A stretch of 52,304 nucleotides of DNA from Chromera velia (lineage: Eukaryota), in contig JAHBMJ010000294.1 of NCBI GenBank assembly GCA_018398765.1, positions 1 through 52,304 on the forward strand, read 5' to 3'. Positions 49,144 to 52,304 of the stretch are shown here, in pieces. Below the pieces are notes generated by a model. It was not told the origin of the DNA and did no database searches. It saw nothing but the letters and a program-made list of their open reading frames with translations. A program made the translations under genes and the position numbers. The number at the start of each line of letters is the position of its first letter. Positions within the stretch are counted from its first letter, which is position 1.

Positions 49144-49918
49144 AACTAATGAAGAGTCAAATGTATGGCAGCTACACTAGCAAAAAAATGAGCCCCATTT
49201 TTGAAGGGCATCTTGGCTGTGGACTTTGTCTCTATTCTTTTCTATTATGGTGGTCTCAGTATAAGCACTCCAATGGTGGTCCCGCTTGCAGTCACCAGGC
49301 AGGCAGTCAGAGAAAAGAGAGCTCTGCAAGGAAGGGGGTTACACATGCAGAAAGAAGATAAAAAAGTCAAATCTGCATTGCATTCTTCCTCCCCTCTGCT
49401 TCTTTCTACACATGCTTTTGCTAGCTTTCACTACCAGAGTAACCAAAACAGCCGTATTTTGACCTCAAACCTGTCAGGTAATCTTTGCAAAATATAGGGG
49501 ATCTTCAATCAAGTATCCAATTTTTAAGATGTCCATTCTACAGAAAACGACATGTTGCCATATTGCAATGCATTTACACAAAGCACAGAAAGGGTGTGCT
49601 GGACGCATACCGTAAAATAGTGAGGTAAACCATGGGACCAGCCAATCCCGGGGTAAGCCGAACTAACGCGCACTGCCGCTACACGGGACGCCCGCAGCTC
49701 AAAGACCAACACACGCATACAGGCTTATGGAGGCGCCGCCATACCAGTGTATATTAGAAGAGAAATAAATAAAATAGAAATAAAATGGAATTAATTCAGT
49801 CAGCTGCGTATAGCCTAGATTGAGTAAACAACACTAGCTTGTAAAGCTTCTAGAAGCAGTTTGGAAGTGAACCTTGAACTGACAGACTTTCCGTAGTAGA
49901 GATCTAACCAAACTAAGT

Positions 49919-50606
49919 CTAGGGGGTAGCACTTCATATATGGGTAGCAAGACGCCATTTTCTGGTGGGGCTTGATATATATGAACTATAATAAATAAAA
50001 GTTGATCAAAAAAATGAGTAAATAAAGCAGTATTTGCACAATTTGAATTTATTCTTCATTTGTTTCTAACGAATCTGATATTTTTAGCATATTTGTATAA
50101 AAAATGGAAACTTCTTTGTTACCACGATTTGGCGGATGGCGGGGCTAGCGGGGGATAAAATTTTAATTTTTGCATAAATGTATTTTATGAACAAGAATGA
50201 ATGTGCAGGTGATATTTAAACAAAATCGGTGACCAAGGAGTAAAAAAAAATAATTGTGGCACTAGTTTTAGCTTGTTTTGATGAAATAATTTATGAAAGG
50301 GGCTTTAAAGTCATTTTATACTGGCGGGAACGCTTGGCGGGGCCACCCTATGGGCGGGGGTGTTGTTTCGCTTCCCACCACGAAGGAGCAATCCCCGCCA
50401 GAGATCAACTCCCGCCAGATCGTGGCGACATCGCTTTGATGGCCCGCCAAAGCCCCGCTATGATAAAACAAAGCCCACCATTATTAAAAACGAGTAGAGC
50501 ATGATTTATTGTGCAGAGTGTTCCAAATATGACCTCCTAATATATTATAGTGACATCATTTTAGACCCCGCCAAACTACTGTCCTAGTAGAGTATTACCC
50601 CCTAGG
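49919..50606. mobile_element. ~690-bp TIR element nested within a ~1-kb insertion (49611-50650)
   Basis: TIRs CTAGGGGGTAGCACT / AGTATTACCCCCTAG (13/15). Flanking direct repeat AACTAAGT (49911-49918, 50607-50614). GGCGGG words in the left half mirrored by CCCGCC in the right half. Confidence 0.75.
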
Positions 50607-51350
50607 AACTAAGTGCGCTCACTTAAGAGAAGAGGAGTCACCTCCTTATGCATACTGTTGCTTGTTTTCCTTACCTGTTGCATGATATATATAACTTGCA
50701 ACCGTTCAATAGAATTTACACCGCCCGCCCTGCATTATCTACAGGCAAGGTCTCTGCTACTGAGCTGTTTCATGTAAAGATTCATAAACGTTCCCGCTTC
50801 ACGGTCAAAGCAGGTATGTAGAAGCTTGACTAAGAGAGGAATACATGTATAGACGGAGGGGTCGACATGCTCATAGAATTCTACTGTGCGCAGCCCCAGA
50901 AAGCACCTGTGCATATGAATTTATATTGGGTGACTCTTCATAATTTGGATTGAGGAGACAGGAGTGAATATGTGCTTCTCTGCTGTCTTTGCAGGCCTGT
51001 CGGACGCCTCTGTGACCATGCGCACACCTGGCCCCTCCCTTCATTGCACTCTTTGCTCTCTTCAGTCAGTAACTGACTATCTACCACTTCTCTCTACTCT
51101 ATGTTCTATACATGGTGGACTCTTTCCTCTCTTATCTGTCTCTCTTGTCCCGTATTGGTCTCTTTTGCTCGCAAAGTTTAACCCCGCAAAATTGTCAGCA
51201 CGACGAAAGATTTTTTCTTTTCTTTTCTTTTGCTCCCCCTGTAGCAGGCCAAAAAATAGGGAAAAAATTGAAAGAGTTAGATTTTACTCAGTGCATCTTT
51301 TGTCACAGCCCCAACTTCCCATATTGTTCCTTTCTGAAAATAAAGTTTCC

Positions 51351-52120
51351 TTAGGCAATCCAAATTATGAAGAGTCACCCAATATAAATTTATATGCACA
51401 GGTGCTTTCCGGGGCCGCGCACAGTAGAATTCCATGAGCATGTCGACCCCTCCGTCTATACATACATTCCTCTTTCAGTCAAGCTTCCACACACCTGCTT
51501 TGACCGTGAAGCCGGAACGTTTATAGATCTTTGCATGAAATAGCTCAGCAGCAGAGACCTTGCCTGTGCAGAATGCAGGGCGGGCGGTGCAGATTCTGTC
51601 AAACGGATGCAACAGGTAAGGAAAGCAAGCAACAGTATGTATCTAGCATACCCTTTCTGTGCTTTGTGTGAATGCATTGCTATATGGCAACATGTCGTTT
51701 TCTGTAGAGTGGATATCTTAAAAATTGGATACTTAATTGAAGATCTCCTATATTTTGCAAAGATTACCCGACAGGTTTGAGGTCAAAATACGGCTGTTTT
51801 GGTTACTCTGGTAGTAAAAGCTAGCGAAAGCATATGTAGAAAGAAGCAGAAGGGAGGAAGAATGCAATGCAGATTTGACTTTTTTGTCTTTTTCTCTGCA
51901 TGTGCAACCCCCTTCCTTGTAGACTCTGAGCTCTCTTTTCTCTGACTGCCTGCCTGATGACTATAAGCGGGTCCACCATTGGAGTGCTTGTACTGAGACC
52001 ACCATAATAGAAAAGAATAGACGCAAAGTCCACAGACAAGATACCCTTTAAAAATGGGGCTCATTTTTTTTGCTAGTATAGCTGCTATACATTTGACTCT
52101 TCACTAGTTGGATTACCTAA
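51351..52120 (-). mobile_element. Intact ~770-bp non-autonomous TIR element (MITE-like)
   Basis: 27-bp imperfect TIRs TTAGGCAATCCAAATTATGAAGAGTCA / TGACTCTTCACTAGTTGGATTACCTAA (4 mismatches). TA immediately outside GG...CC. No credible coding capacity. Confidence 0.88.
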
Positions 52121-52304
52121 AAAAAATTTATTTCGAGACAGAGAGAGAGAAGAGAACAAAGATGATTCAATATGTTGTAGTGCTGGTATACCCTCTTCTT
52201 TTATGAAACTTTCAAAGCGTTGCTCTGTCTGCAGGAGTGAATATGTGCTTCTTTGATAGGGGGGTGAAATGCTTTTAGTATGGGGGGGGGGGGGGGGGGG
52301 GGAA

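Larger units (their letters stand above)
48648..50952 (+). mobile_element. Left copy of a ~770-bp TIR element, interrupted by nested insertions
   Basis: Starts TTAGGTAATCCAACTAATG (48648). Continues at 49152-49610 and 50651-50952. These pieces align as the reverse complement of 51351-52120. Confidence 0.88.

Noticed and set aside
49149..52064. Paired similar ORFs (49149/51783, 49201/51821)
   Set aside because: They are incidental ORFs in two copies of a non-coding element. Frames and ends differ between copies.

Overview
This is a eukaryotic, intron-rich window with (CA)n/(GA)n microsatellite introns, GTCAGT/GTGAGT donors and G/E/S/P-rich proteins. The style is consistent with the chromerid alveolate Chromera velia, which is inference and not proven. 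Hand-spliced genes: (1) a 13-exon FAD-linked D-lactate dehydrogenase-like gene; (2) an intronless B9-domain ciliary gene; (3) a multi-exon ankyrin-repeat gene containing a probable assembly duplication; (4) an intronless two-RRM gene with an in-frame TGA at a Trp position; (5) a 21-exon, ~4,770-aa gene with an N-terminal MBD-like motif, an F-box/LRR-like module and two C-terminal SUMO-like domains. Intergenic DNA holds a truncated LINE with a (TCAA)n tail, a hAT element with a BED finger and 8-bp TSD, MITEs, and a nested transposon cluster at 48.6-52.1 kb. The most notable signal is between two inverted copies of one element: by manual count about 32 of about 56 substitutions are CpA/TpG->TpA. 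This resembles fungal repeat-induced point mutation (RIP) in an apparently non-fungal genome.
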